Source: Dimorphilus gyrociliatus (taxonomy: Eukaryota > Animalia > Annelida). From it: a stretch of 64,000 bases of DNA. Location: NCBI GenBank assembly GCA_904063045.1, contig CAJFCJ010000001.1, forward strand, positions 3,534,001 through 3,598,000. The letters run 5' to 3'. Shown here piece after piece: positions 1 to 13,566 of the stretch. The notes under the pieces are model-generated. The model saw nothing but the letters and a program-made list of their open reading frames with translations, did no database searches and had not been told where the DNA came from. The stretch's first letter is position 1; every line of letters starts with the position of its first letter. A program made the position numbers and the translations under genes.

Positions 1-305
1 TTTCTCGGTATGATGATGAAGAAGATGAAAGAAGCCGGATCGGAGGATGAAATTAGCGAGGCTTTCAACCTATTTGATAAAGATGGAGACGGTTACCTAA
101 GCCATTACGAGATGAAGCAGGTAATGGCAAATTTAGGAGAGAAATTAACAGATACAGAAGTATGGGAAATGATAAGGGAATACGACGCCGACGGAGATGG
201 AAAAATTAGTTACAAAGGTAACAAAAAATCATTTAAAAAAACGAGATAATAATAATAGAAATTCAATAATCATCAACAGAATTCGTTAATGCAATGACCC
301 AGTGA
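1..305 (+). CDS. Calmodulin-like EF-hand protein, 3' part (5' end outside window); exons <1..217 and 280..305
   Basis: Frame 1 reads [73 protein letters not shown] 62-bp GT..AG intron (218..279, phase 1) restores EFVNAMTQ*. Two canonical EF loops ([24 protein letters not shown]) and LGEKLTD match the calmodulin C-lobe, but there are too many substitutions for canonical CaM. Confidence 0.93.
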
Positions 306-2555
306 ACGAAGATAAAAGCGAGAGAGAAAGAGAGAGACTCTATATATACAGTATATATATATTGAGAGAGAGAGAGAGAGAAAGATTATTCTATCATTGA
401 ACATCCTCGTAAATCTATACAATTGTGATCACTTTAACAGCTTTTTTCTTTCTCAATAACCAAATTGATTACAAAAAAATATAGTGATTGTCGGTCTAAT
501 AATGATGTATTTTACAAAATGAATTAGTAGGAAAAGAGATGATACTAAAAGATCTATTTATCGATTTATATGATTTATTCATATGTATATTTAAATATAA
601 ACGGTTTACTGTTCAATTCTGGAAAGATTTGCAGTTTTGAACGTCTGTTTTCCTCCCCCTAGCATTCATATCTTTTATAGTTTATCATTAAAGTCTTTTG
701 TTGAATAATATTCATTGAAATACAATCAGCTAAAAGGAAAATAACCTATAAATATTTCACAATTCTTTGATTCCTGTTAATCGTTCTTTTATTCTCTTTG
801 TCGCCATTGTAATCGTTTCTTCTCCGAAAAGAAAACCAGGAGAGAAATCATATATTTCTCATTCCGTGGCGACATCTACAGTCTTTGACTGCGAAAACTT
901 GGAGGGGGAGTTGGAGGGAGTATACGGACTACTTCTTTCTCTTTAAAGTATTACGCAAATTAAGAGGACGATTGATGAAAAGAATTGAAAATAGAACACT
1001 AGAAAATAGAATACTAAAATGTCAATGGAGAAGAAATGAAAAGAGACGCCGATTCGTTTTTTTTTCTTTTTAAAAAAAAAATATTAATCTTTTATAAAAA
1101 TTTTAAAGGATGGGAAATCTGTTAAATTATTCATTCAATTATTTGATAGTGAAGATTATCCGCTGTTGTAGCACCTATTCATGGATATTTGATATTATTA
1201 GATAGTTTTAAGAATATTGCAACACTCTTCTCTTTCCGCGAAAAGGGGGAAAAGACAAGTAGCAAAGCTACAAACTAAAAGAATTTCTATTTTCTAGGAA
1301 ATTTTATGGAAGAAGAAATATTTTCATCTTTTAGAGAGAAAAATGGCTTACTGATGAGTTTAGTTGAGAGACCTAAAACGATCAGACTCTCTCTCTTCTA
1401 TGTAATGGAAAACCGGACTTCAATTCTCTTAGGACTACTTCTGGAATATATCCAGTGGAATAATTGAAAAAATGGATCTTTATGAAATTGAAATACCTGA
1501 ACAATGTTTGCCTTTATCTATTAATTTGGATTTTTTTCCTTCTCTCTTTCTCCTTTTCTCCTTTCTTTCTTTCTTTCTTTCTGACGTATTCTCTTCCTCA
1601 CTTTCTCATTCCATCAACCCTTTATCATCAGTAATTCTATACTCGGCGCTGGTAGCATAAATCAAGTATTGCCAATATAATTTCTAAAAGGTCAATTGGT
1701 CTATACTCTTTTTACTAACAAATCGATATTTCAGACTATTTACTCGCTTATCCCCCGCAAAAACAAAAGAAAGAAATACAGGAGGAGCTTTCTCGTTTCT
1801 TTTTCATTTCCCTTTCCTTACTTCCTCCTAACGCTGTCTCTCTGCCCCTCGTCTCTCTCTCTCTCTCTCTCTTTCCGAACATCACAATTGCCCTTACGGG
1901 ACTTATTTAGTGCACTATCTAACAATTGCAAATAGCATAGCCAACGGTCATGATTTGAGAATTGAATATTTTTAAATGAGAGAAAATTTCAATTTAGTAG
2001 AGTTCTTATCTTACATTCGGTTGAAATCCTGTAGAATAATTATGGATATTGCGTTCATTCATTTTCTTTCCTTTTAACCAATTTATGAGTAATGATAAAT
2101 AAAAATTTATCACGATTGACAAACTAATTAAATTTTATAAATTGCAAACGAAAATATAAAACTGTCATCTCTTTAAATTTTATACTTTTCCATTATTTGT
2201 TTGTTTGCTATTTTAGAAATTCTACTGCCTCATCGCTGCTTCTTTTGTATAATACTTTTAATATACTTTTGCTGTGAGCGCTACTTCTATTTCCTATATT
2301 TTTCCTATTATAAACGCTTTTTTTTTTACCAGCAACAGGTGGTAACTGTCTAAAACGATAGAAATCATTTTCAGTCCAAGAGATGGCGCCTGAGCGCCAT
2401 TGTTGTTTTAAGCAAAGAATGGTGTGAGATCTATTACTAAAAGGGCGATAAAGAGAAGGGTGAGAGGAGGGTACTAGGGGGGTGGGGAGGGGGGTGGAAG
2501 TCGGAGTAAATATAAAGAAAAAGAGAGAAAAGCGGTAGAGAGAGAAGAGACAAGC

Positions 2556-2597
<42 letters not shown>

Positions 2598-4669
2598 AGG
2601 AAACGAAAAGTGGACAGAGAAAATATGATGATAAAGCGAGATAGTTTTATTTGCTCTCTAGAAATGGAAAGTTTGTAAGTAAGAGTTAATGTTTGTTGGA
2701 TACGAAGAGTAAGGAATAAAAATGGGGAAGGAGGTGGGGAGAAAATAATATATAAATACAAAGAGCTATTTTTAATATCTACTGTAGGAGGTGATAATCT
2801 AATTATTGACTTTTTTTGTCTGCTTTGAATAAAGAAGGATAACATGAATTATTTAAATAAAATCACACTTGAACTTTTTACTATGAATCATATTCAAATT
2901 AATTTCATTTTCTTTCATTTTTAATAAGAAAGAGAGAGAAGGGAGGGGACGAGAGAAAGAGGCAGTTGTGCGTGAGTAAATGCGTGCGTACGTATGTTTG
3001 TACGGAAGAGAGAAAGAGATAGAAAAACAATATCAATTTTATCCAAAATACGATAGAGTTAGTAGAATATAATGTGGCGTATCGGCACTTTTCTCCCGAG
3101 TAAAAGTAATAGAGATTAAGACTACTACTGTTAAAAAAAAGGTTGATTATTGAATGGAGTGTAAGCGTAATAGATAATTAATGCAATAGTTTTATATATA
3201 TAATAGACAAATTGAGTTTTATATTAAAACTATTGCTGAGAACTCTAGCCAACTGTAACAAAACAGAAGGGAACAGAGAATAAGAGTAAGAACAGCAAAA
3301 CCTAGACAACCAAGAAGAAGAAGAAGAAGAAGCAGAAGCAGAAGCAGAAGACTCTGATATTTAGATAGATTATATATTTATGTAATTTCTTTAGTCAAGT
3401 GATAAAATGACATGAAATTTTTAAAAGACGCTAATTAATTAATTAATTAGGTAAATATTTTATAAACTTGGTTATTTTTACACATTTACTTAATCGAGTT
3501 TTAAAAAAGAGAGCGTTTTTCTTAATAGCATTTTTATATTTTTCATTGACACACTTTCATTGTCTTTTCTCTCTTCTTCTTTTTCTCTTCCTTCTCGCCT
3601 ATCTTCTCTCAATTTTACAATTCAAAAGTCAAGATAATATAGTTTCTTCTATTTAAAAAGATTTGTAGCAAGAGAGGTTGTCTTAATTTTTTTTTACTCT
3701 CCACCGAACCCCCCTCCCCTCCCCCTTCTGCCCTACCTACCTCCCTGCCCCCTTCACACCCAGTCTTATTATAGCTCGTTGAGAGAACGATTTGTCTTTT
3801 TATTTATTATTAGATCCCTCGCTTTAAGGTTTTTTTATTTTTTTTCAAAAGCTCTCTTATAGAAAGAAGAGTGTTTTTGGAGGCGGTAAGTATGCGATCT
3901 TTAACAACTTAAATTTAGCCTAACACTATCAATAAAGCATTCTTCTCTCCTAGATAAGTAAAACGTGTCGTTATATCGCGATAAGATAGTTTTTCAACAA
4001 TAGCAAACTTATATAAGTAAACAAATAAACAAATCGTTCGTTTTTAATAGGCCGATTAACTAGATTGTTTATTAGCAGAATATGAGATAAATAGGTAAAG
4101 TTACCGTAGTAATTATATTCTAGTTTTATTATTCATATATTTTTTTATAAGGAATGAATAAATAATGAAATCATAGGGAAAAAAATCAATGATAGATAGA
4201 GAAGAAGAAAATGACGAAATCGATTTTGTTTTGTGTTTGAATTTAGTTTTGTTTGAATGAAAAAGGGATATATACTCTATACATAGAGTATAAATGATTA
4301 TCAAAAAATTGTCCAATTCCTTCCTCTACTGCTCACTTCTTCTTCTTCTTCCTTTTTTCTCTGTTTTTGCTTTTTCAGTCTAACGCTTTCGTAACAACAA
4401 AAAATATATGTTTCGTATTAAATACAGTGTAAAATATAGCATGTCTCCATAGGCTTATTCGTTATAGAATATATAATCCTATGTGGGTAGGGGCTAAAGG
4501 TTTAGGTTGCATTTTAAGTATAATACAAACTAAAGGTATTTGTTACTATCAAATGCTATATTTGTCACAAACCAATGCAATTTTAATAAATATTCATTTC
4601 ATATTTCCTTCTAATAATAGATAAATATAGTAAAGTATAGACTAATTGTGTAATATTTGAATAAATCAA

Positions 4670-4718
<49 letters not shown>

Positions 4719-6350
4719 GAGAGAGAGAGAAAAGAGGAAAAACGTAAAAAGTATTAAGAGATTTCTGTATGATTTTTTACGCTAATTAAAACAATTTCTA
4801 ACATTATATTTGGTTGAACCCTTTGAGAGAAATATTCATTACTTAGCTAAGTACTTATTTATTGTTTTCTTATCCTAAAACTAAGTAAGAGAGTATGTCA
4901 TCAAACCTCACGTAATGGTCTGTAGACCAAATAAATATAGAATGCGTTTTATATTGTATTTATATACATTTAAATACTGTTCTTGTAAATAGAAAAAAAT
5001 GAATTATTAAACAAAATCCAGGTGATCTAAATTAACTAGGCGTAATATTAAATGAAATATTTTATTTGACATTTTTCCGATAATTACTTGTACAAATTTA
5101 TCTCTTCCACTCTTTTTTCTCTCTCTCTCTCTCTCTTTCTCTCTCAACAATTCTCTAATGCTTTAGACAATTCTATTGGTTTCAATTACCCAAAAGCGTC
5201 TAATTAGCAGAATTTCCAACAAAAAACTTTCAAGAATAAGCTTCGTATTGAGTTTGTCGGATAACGAATAGCTTGTTGATGGCGTTAAACGGGGGAAAAG
5301 GGATTTATATTTTGTCGTTTCCTTTTTTATATACGGCTTTGAAGAGAGAGAAGGGAACAACGAAGAAAAGGAAAAGGAAAAGGAAGAAGAAGAAGAAGAA
5401 GAAAAGAGTTTTATACGAAAATGATGGAATAAAATACTATACTATATTGGCTTTAGATGATTTGTTTCCATTGTATTAATAAAAAAATATAATGATAAAG
5501 AAAGAAGAGTAGAGAATTGATTTAAAAGAGTTATATATCACATTAAACGCTTGTTTTTGTATTATTATATATAAGAAATTAAACGTTTAACCAGACTGAA
5601 AAATGTCAATTAAAGTAAGGTAATCTGTAGTTTTATTATGTTGAAATGATTAGTCTATTTTAAAATAGACAAAGTGAAAATCTATAGCGTTTAATCTCCT
5701 CTTCTCTTCCATTCATGAATAGAAAATTGGCTTTGCTTAAAATAATTTACTTGCGAAGAGAGAACGAGAAATATTAATGGAACATTAATGAGAAAGTTGA
5801 AAAATGTGGGTGGACCAAGAGAAAAATCACCCTTCCAACAGTCATAATTCTGAATAGGCTCCATTCGAACCCTATCAATTAAAATCCATCTTGTGTTGTC
5901 ATTAAAAATGCTTCAGCTTTCCTCCTTTTTCATTCATTTTTCCTTTTCCCCTCTATCCTTCCGACAGTGAAATTATCGAAAATTGCATAGCTTTATACAC
6001 AATTTGCTAACTTGCAAACATTCTAGGCCTATTTGTGTCATCTACAACCTAGCGGAAATTATTAATTGAGTAGCAATTCAATGGCAGATGCTCTAGGCAA
6101 CTTTTTTATCACAAACTTATATATATAATTATTAGCTATTTTATCCATATACGTATGTTGTTTGTTTTTTTTTTATTCTATACCAGTTTATCTCCACCAA
6201 TTTATTTCGTTTGTTCTTTTTCTTATTCAATACGAAAACACTTGTTTAAGGAAAGGGGAAGGTAATCTTTAATAGATTATCAACGGAAAGATATAATTAG
6301 GAAATAGACAAAAAATTGAGAATGAAAGAAGGAAAGAAAGAATGAAAGAA

Positions 6351-6382
<32 letters not shown>

Positions 6383-7402
6383 GAGGGGAGAGGGGAAAGG
6401 GGGAAAAGAAAAAAGAAGAGAAAATTTGGTAAAGTTTTGTTGGAGGAATTTTTGATTGAATAAAAAAATAAGACAAAGATGTTTTTTATGAAGAATAATG
6501 GAATTTTCTATTTAAAAGAATATAAAGAAAGCGAGAGAGAGAGAGAGAGGCTGAGAAAATAGATAGATAGATAGACAGATAGATAGATACAGATATAGAT
6601 AGATAGATAAATTGAGAGAGAAAGAGAAAGAAAGAGAGACAGACAGACAAGAATTATGCAGTATAAACTAATTCTTGTTCTTCTCCTGCTCCTTCTTTTT
6701 ACAATTATTAAACAAATCCGTTAGAAAGATTGACGAGTGGAACTTTCAAAAACGGATGAAGAGGTCTAAAATTAAACTAGTTGACCAATTAGTGAGAAAA
6801 GGGTAAGATGAAATAAGCCTGCTATAGCTGAACAAGTGCCGTGTCCAAGTACATCGTATAAGTTACATTGATAAGGTTAATAAACTATTGTCACTAATTC
6901 AAGATCATTCAAAAAAGTTGCTGATAAAACTTTCTTTTTCCTAAGGGCATGTGCGGTGAAAGAGTGTTAAGGACGAATGGGACGAAAGGATTCGCTGAAG
7001 CGTTGGGCGGTAGGTCGGTAAGGTTGTCGGTCATTCGCCCAATTGGGTATGTTGGAAAGATTGTAACGTGGCAAAAACCAATACCCAATTGGCCTTTGAA
7101 GAAAAAAGGCGTCATCAATAAACAACGCTGACACATACAATCAAGTTGCATTAAGAAAATATATATGTGGACAAATATAGAAATATAGCGTGACATCCCA
7201 AACCACAAACCGTAAATCACACTCTCCAAACAGTCAACTTTTCTTACAAATTGTTTTTCTTTAAGATACAAAAGAACCTTTTAAGTTAAAGGAAATACAT
7301 GAACAGTAAAAATTATGCAATAAATCTCCACCAATAGGTCAATCTAATTGTCAAAGGTTAAAGCGTTTCTTTTGCTTCCTTTCTTTTTACTTTTCGCGTC
7401 TT

Positions 7403-7405
<3 letters not shown>

Positions 7406-7452
<47 letters not shown>
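7406..7452. repeat. (CT)n microsatellite, representative of dozens of (CT/AG)n tracts in the window
   Basis: Seen directly. Confidence 0.95.
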
Positions 7453-7457
<5 letters not shown>

Positions 7458-10083
7458 CTCTACCCTTTCTCATTCTTCTTTATTTCTCTCTCTTACAAAT
7501 ATACTTTATTCCATTGTTTGTCAAGTAACCTTTTCACTATTAAAACGAAAAACCGACGTATATGCGTCTCGTACGAGAGAGAAAGAGAAAGAAGGGAGAA
7601 GAAGGAAAAAGGATGCGATTAACAATGATAAACTTTTAGAAAAAAAAATTCGATTAAGCTAATGACGCACGGATCGGTTCTTTGTTTGTGTTTATATAGG
7701 CTGACTGACAAATGGCCAAAGTCACCTGAACCTCGATGATTAGACGAAGGAAATGGGCGTTTATGAAACGTCAAGTTTGTATATAGTTTATATAGGATGA
7801 TATAATCGTGCGTAATAATCATCTTGGCATTCAGTCACGCATACCTGATCAACTTGCTCCTCTAAATGCTTTTAGAGTGGAGACGGACGGAATTTGGGCG
7901 AATTTTGCCTAGTGGGCGGTCGCTAGATGACAATTACTAATAGAAAACTGTCTACTTGTAGAGTGGCTACGAGTGCGTTTATTTTCCCCAACATTTTGCT
8001 ATATTGGAGGATTATATATGGGTTTTCAATGTTGGATAGATTATGTATCGGAAGTATCGAGACACAAGAATGTCTTATATTTTATATCTTATATATGTAG
8101 TAAGCAGGAGAGAGAGAGAGAGAAAGAGAGAGGGAGAAATAGAATGGACTGAAATCTTCGTAGGAACAAGTATTAGTTAAAAGTAAGAAATGAAAGAATC
8201 ATGGAAGTAGCATGAATGAAAAAAACAAGTGGGAAAGAGGATAAGATAGAAGTAGGATTTGCGGAGAAAAACGGACATTAATAAGAAATAAATCAGACGA
8301 AATAGAGACATATTAATTCCAATCAGTTGTGTCAAAATAATGTTGGGATTACTATTATACGCCGTGTTTATCTTGCTCTCTGCTTTATGCTTGACTGCAA
8401 AAATCCGTATTTACTTGACAAGTACAGAATTATAAGCCATTTATCTTCGTATCAGTGCAGTTTTCCTTGTATAAATAATTTTCATTTAAGAGAGTCGGCG
8501 CTTCTCTTATTCCTGTTGACACCTTTCTCTCTCTTTTTTCTCACTTTTATATGTTGAATTGAAAACCATTACAACAAGAATCAGCTTTGTTATCGAGTTT
8601 GCTAATTTTATTATTAATTAATCAAATTATCAATCGTGTCGCTTCCCTTTAATTTGCACGTAAAAGAAACTATTGAAAGAGAAACGAAGAAGATAGAAAG
8701 GAAGAAAGAAAGATAGATTGAAAAAACTTAAAGAGAAAGAGAGAGAGAGAGAGAAAGAGAAAGAAAGAAATCGAGAAGTAAAAAGAGAAACCTGTCGTTT
8801 TCAAGGTCAAATACGGGTTAAACCGTAAAAAAAAATAGCTGAAGATAGATGGCAATAAAATCTCATAACGATTACAAACAAACAACAATTTATTATTTGT
8901 GTTTGCTGAATTTCATGGAGATGAATCGTCTATCTCTCATCCCGGCAACGCAACCTAATGAATAAATACAACCACAATAAAAGCCGCAACAACAACAATA
9001 ACAACAACAATAACAGCGACAAGGACGAAGACGACGATGACTTGGGCATTAGCTGTATTTTTACATATCTAGATAGAGTCTCTTTACTAAATAAAAACTA
9101 CTTATTTAATGGCCCATGTACTCATAAGAATTTCCTCTTATTATCCAATCTCGTGTATAAATGTAGTTATAGATGGATCACTTTGCAGAAGAGAAAAGGA
9201 GAGTGAAAAAATTGGGAAAACACTAACAGAAACACGCAGAAACAATAACAAAAAGGAAAGGGAAGAGAAATGGGAATAAGAAATGCGCTGAATTGAGAAA
9301 ATATGGTTTTAAACGCTACATACTTAGAGGCGTCACGTTTCAACCAAGATCGGCGTCCAACTTGGATTAATATTGAAAAATTATCCATAGTGGGAATATA
9401 GAATATTCTTTAATATTTTATCCTTAAATCTCGCAAAGAAAACTGTTACAAACAAGTAGAAAATTTATACATGATGGGACGAACCGTATTTGGCAATCGT
9501 TCTGGTTAAATATTGAACCAAGTTATTGTGCTTGCGTTTGATTTGTATCTATAGGCCTAAAAACGTAACTTGCTTGGAATGCCGTGTATGTTTTACTGTA
9601 CTAAAAGTAAGTCTGCCTATTTAGACTGGATTTTATTGGACAGCAAAACAGCAGAAATGCAGTTATTTTTACATTAAGTTGACCTGAACCTAGTAAATTT
9701 TAAGTAAATATTATCAATAAATTAACTTTTTTTCTCTCTTCTTCATCATTGTTAGCTCCTTCGCCTTCATTTTGTAGTTGTTGTTGTTCTTCCTCTTCTT
9801 CTTCTTCTTCTTCTTCTTCTTTCGGCTTTCCATTCAACACCAATTTATTAGCTTGTCCACCTTTCGCGCTCGCTGCTACTCGTTCTTCTCTTTCCAATCT
9901 CTTTTCTATTTCTCTTCCAAGAATCGTAGACGAATGGAATACGGAAAATTCTATACATTGCGTACAATCGTATATATAGAAGAATAAGAAGGAGAATAAA
10001 ATGAATGATTATAGACGAAAATAGATAAATCTTCCAATTATAAAAGAAAAGGAATTTAAAAAATGACTTTAGACGGTTTCTAA

Positions 10084-10115
<32 letters not shown>

Positions 10116-12171
10116 GATTGTATAGACTGTATATATATTGCGCATAAACAAGATATCATTACGTAATCAAGTATAGAGTACTTATGTATTAAGCGCTATA
10201 AATACAAATAAAGAAAAGGTCTGAAAATTGGGTTGAAAGGCGATTTGTTTTGGCTTTTTCTCACAAACTCCAATTATTCCTTCAATACATTCTCCATTAT
10301 GCACATAATTGCTTATATAATTTAGTTAGGAGGGTGGGGCGATTCTATCAAGTTCTCAACCTAACCGTCGGCAAAGAGGTGGACGGCAGTAGAGAGTAAA
10401 CGGCTAATGAATGGCTGCGGAGAGGTGGGATGGTTCTTTTGAAAAAAGCAAAACTATAATATAAAAGCCCACATCATTTCTTTTTCGAAACGATTAGGCT
10501 AATGGATGATTGTTGAAATAACGAATCATTGAATAAATTGCGAATAATAATAATCCATCGAATGGTAATAGTAATAACAATAGTAATAATAGTAATACTA
10601 ATAATAATAGTAGATTGATAAAACGGTTTGTAAGAAGGAAAGATGATGAAAATAATGATGATAAAAAGGAATAAAGATTAACAAAAAAAGGGAGGCTAAA
10701 GGATTAGGCAAAGGACGAGGGATATTATTTTTTGGGCGAGTTGAAAATTGCTTTTCATATTACATTTTATCAATAATTCTCTCAGCCACTTTTTCTTTAT
10801 AAATCCAATAACTTATAGTAAATATTATCTGCCTTTGCAAAGCTTCTTTTCCTCCTTCCATATTATTTTAGCGAGTATTGCTCGTTATTCATTCTGAAGG
10901 ATGATTGCTTTTTTACAGTTGCGATCGATTGAGTGGAAAATGAAGACAAATCCCGACGTCTAACACAAACTTTAACAAAATTGTTCATAAACAATTTAAC
11001 CTGTTTGTTCTGCCTTTCTTCTCCTATTCCCCCTCATATCTCCTTGTGTGTTTATGTCTCTCCCTCTCTCTTACTTTTTCTCCTTTCTTATCTTGCTTTA
11101 TCTATCACATACCTTTATCGAACGATTAAGATTAGCTAGAGTTACCTTGCTATCGGAAAAGCCCTCCCTCTCTCCTTCCGCGATTTACTTTACCCTTTCC
11201 CAACGCCCCTTTCGCCCCCTTCTTGCTTCTACCCCTTTGCCATATCCGCCATATCAATATTTAATGCTATTCATATCGTCTTACATAAATTTATTCAGCA
11301 ATATCTGAAACTGAACAGTAAGATAAACAACTAAAAATCAAATATCCCTTAAACCAACATAATTTCTTCTTCTCTTTCTCTTCCTTATCTATTTTAAGGC
11401 ACGCTCCGCTACTCGAAATTTCCTCACTCGCTTCACTCCCACCAGAAGAACAGATTGCATATGATCGGTCATCAAGGTCAAAACGATTGCCTTCTACATC
11501 TCTATTTCTCTTTTTAATAGTTCAATAAATTATTTTTATACAACAATTCTTTTTCTGTTATTCGTTCGTTCGCTCAGTTATTCATTCACTCACTCACTCA
11601 CCAATTCATTCATTCATTCATTCAAACATTTATTTATTTTTAACTTTTATTTAAATTTCTTTCTCTCTCTCTCTCTCTTCGTTTCTTCCCTTCATTGAAT
11701 TGTTTTCTTTATTAATCTTTTACTTTTTCACACCTACTCTTTAACTAGTTAATAAAATCAAATTATTTCATCATTTTCATTTGCCGTTAAACCTCGATCA
11801 TTAAGAAAAATAACCGCAACAATTACAAACCAATAGTCGATAATTGAATTAATTGATTATTAATAATCCCTAATCCGATTAAGATCGAATTCTTTTCAAT
11901 TGGAAAAAAACACCGCTTTCACAAAACCAACTCATACCCACCGCTCCTCTCTCTTAACCCTATCCAACCCCCTCCCCCCTAGAATAATCTTTATTTTTTC
12001 ATTCAACGGCACCCCCTAGTCAAACCGTTCAACCACAGACTATCGAGTAGAGTGCCCCTATCCTTTTCTCTCTTTCAGTTATCTCATTCCTTTTTCGCTG
12101 GAGTAGAAACCCCTCTTTTTTTGGTGTCGATTCTGTAACGATATGCTTCTTTCTGTTTCAATTTAACAGCT

Positions 12172-12205
<34 letters not shown>

Positions 12206-12507
12206 TTCGCTTTTCTGCTCTCTTCTCTTTTCCTATAAATCTCAATCTATTTTTATTCTCAAAATTTCATTCTCCTTAGTTTTCTTCTTCATCTCCTTTT
12301 AACTTTGTTCATGTATCTTTCTAACCATCCATCCATCTATATATCTATCTATCTTTCCCCCTGTCGTTCTCTCTCTATTTCTCTCGCTCTCGCTCTCGAT
12401 CGCTCCGCGCTCTCCTCCAACGCCACCTAGGTCAGGTTTAAGCGCCACAACGATTCGAATCGCCATACAAGAATCTGTAAACGATTAATCTCAGCGGATT
12501 ATGATAA

Positions 12508-13566
12508 ATGGCTTCAGTGATGCGGAATATTAGCGAAAATAGCAATCTGACTTTAAATGAGGATGCTGGCTATCCATTGGGAGTACAAATTCTAATAGGC
12601 CTAGTTTTAGCGGCAATTATTTGTTTGTCATTAATTGGAAACACAGTGGTATGTGTGGCAATTTTAACGGAGAGAAACTTGAGAAAGGCTGGAAATTATT
12701 TTCTCGTATCTCTGGCCATAGCGGATTTGCTCGTCGCTGGGACTGTGATGGTGTTTGCAGGAGCTAATGATGTAATGGGAAGGTGGATATTCGGGCGTCA
12801 CTTTTGTAAAATATGGTTATCTTTGGACATAATGTGCTCTACGGCGTCCATACTCAATTTATGCGCAGTTAGCCTAGACAGATACTTGCATGTTCGAGCA
12901 CCATTGCATTACGACATAAAAATGTCGACTTTTCGAGCCGTCCTCGCTATAGGCCTAATCTGGGCATGTTCGGCCTTAATATCGTTTTTGCCAATACATT
13001 TAGATTGGCACGTGAGGACTAGAGCCATCTTTAACGGATTCTGTATGATGGACTTGAATCCCATATATGCAACTGCATCGTCTCTCGTGTCGTTCTACGC
13101 ACCGTGCATAGTTATGATAGTTTTGTACTTGAGACTATTCCAAAGCGCTCGCAGGCACGTCAGAAGCATTAGGAGAGGAACATTCGATAGGTCGGCCTAC
13201 AAAGTCAGTGACGCCAAGGCGGCGACAACTTTAGGAATAATTATGGGTACGTTTTTAGTGTGTTGGCTACCTTTTTTTACCGTCAACCTCATAGCGGCGT
13301 TTTGCGACAAGTGTATTCCGTCGTATGCGTTCATAATAGTTACGTGGTTGGGATATGCTAATTCCACGTTAAACCCTGTTATCTATTCCATATTCAACGC
13401 TGAGTTTCGGATGGCTTTCAAAAAAGTTCTTTCCCGTTGTATTCCGACATTTGGAAATACTTCAACTCAAAGTATTTCTGGTAGGACTTCATCAGTTGTA
13501 AACGGCCATGGATTATCTCCAAGTCATTCGTACAGGCCGGTTTCTCAGCAAATAACAAATTTATAA
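12508..13566 (+). CDS. Dop1R1: Intronless D1-like (invertebrate DOP1/Dop1R1-type) dopamine receptor, class A GPCR, 352 aa
   Basis: Seven TMs; GN in TM1, SLAIADL, TM3 LDIMCSTASILNLCAVSLDRY (amine-binding Asp), TM5 ASSLVSFY serines, short IL3 ending YKVSDAKAATTLGIIMG, CWLPFF, AAFCDKCI, WLGYANSTLNPVIYSIFNAEFR. These match the DOP1 signature as recalled. N-glycosylation sites NIS and NLT. Confidence 0.9.
   Translation: MASVMRNISENSNLTLNEDAGYPLGVQILIGLVLAAIICLSLIGNTVVCVAILTERNLRKAGNYFLVSLAIADLLVAGTVMVFAGANDVMGRWIFGRHFCKIWLSLDIMCSTASILNLCAVSLDRYLHVRAPLHYDIKMSTFRAVLAIGLIWACSALISFLPIHLDWHVRTRAIFNGFCMMDLNPIYATASSLVSFYAPCIVMIVLYLRLFQSARRHVRSIRRGTFDRSAYKVSDAKAATTLGIIMGTFLVCWLPFFTVNLIAAFCDKCIPSYAFIIVTWLGYANSTLNPVIYSIFNAEFRMAFKKVLSRCIPTFGNTSTQSISGRTSSVVNGHGLSPSHSYRPVSQQITNL

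Noticed and set aside
2383-2400. ATGGCGC-CTGA-GCGCCAT hairpin (inverted YY1-like cores)
   Set aside because: Only a 7-bp stem with no associated gene; likely by chance in 64 kb.
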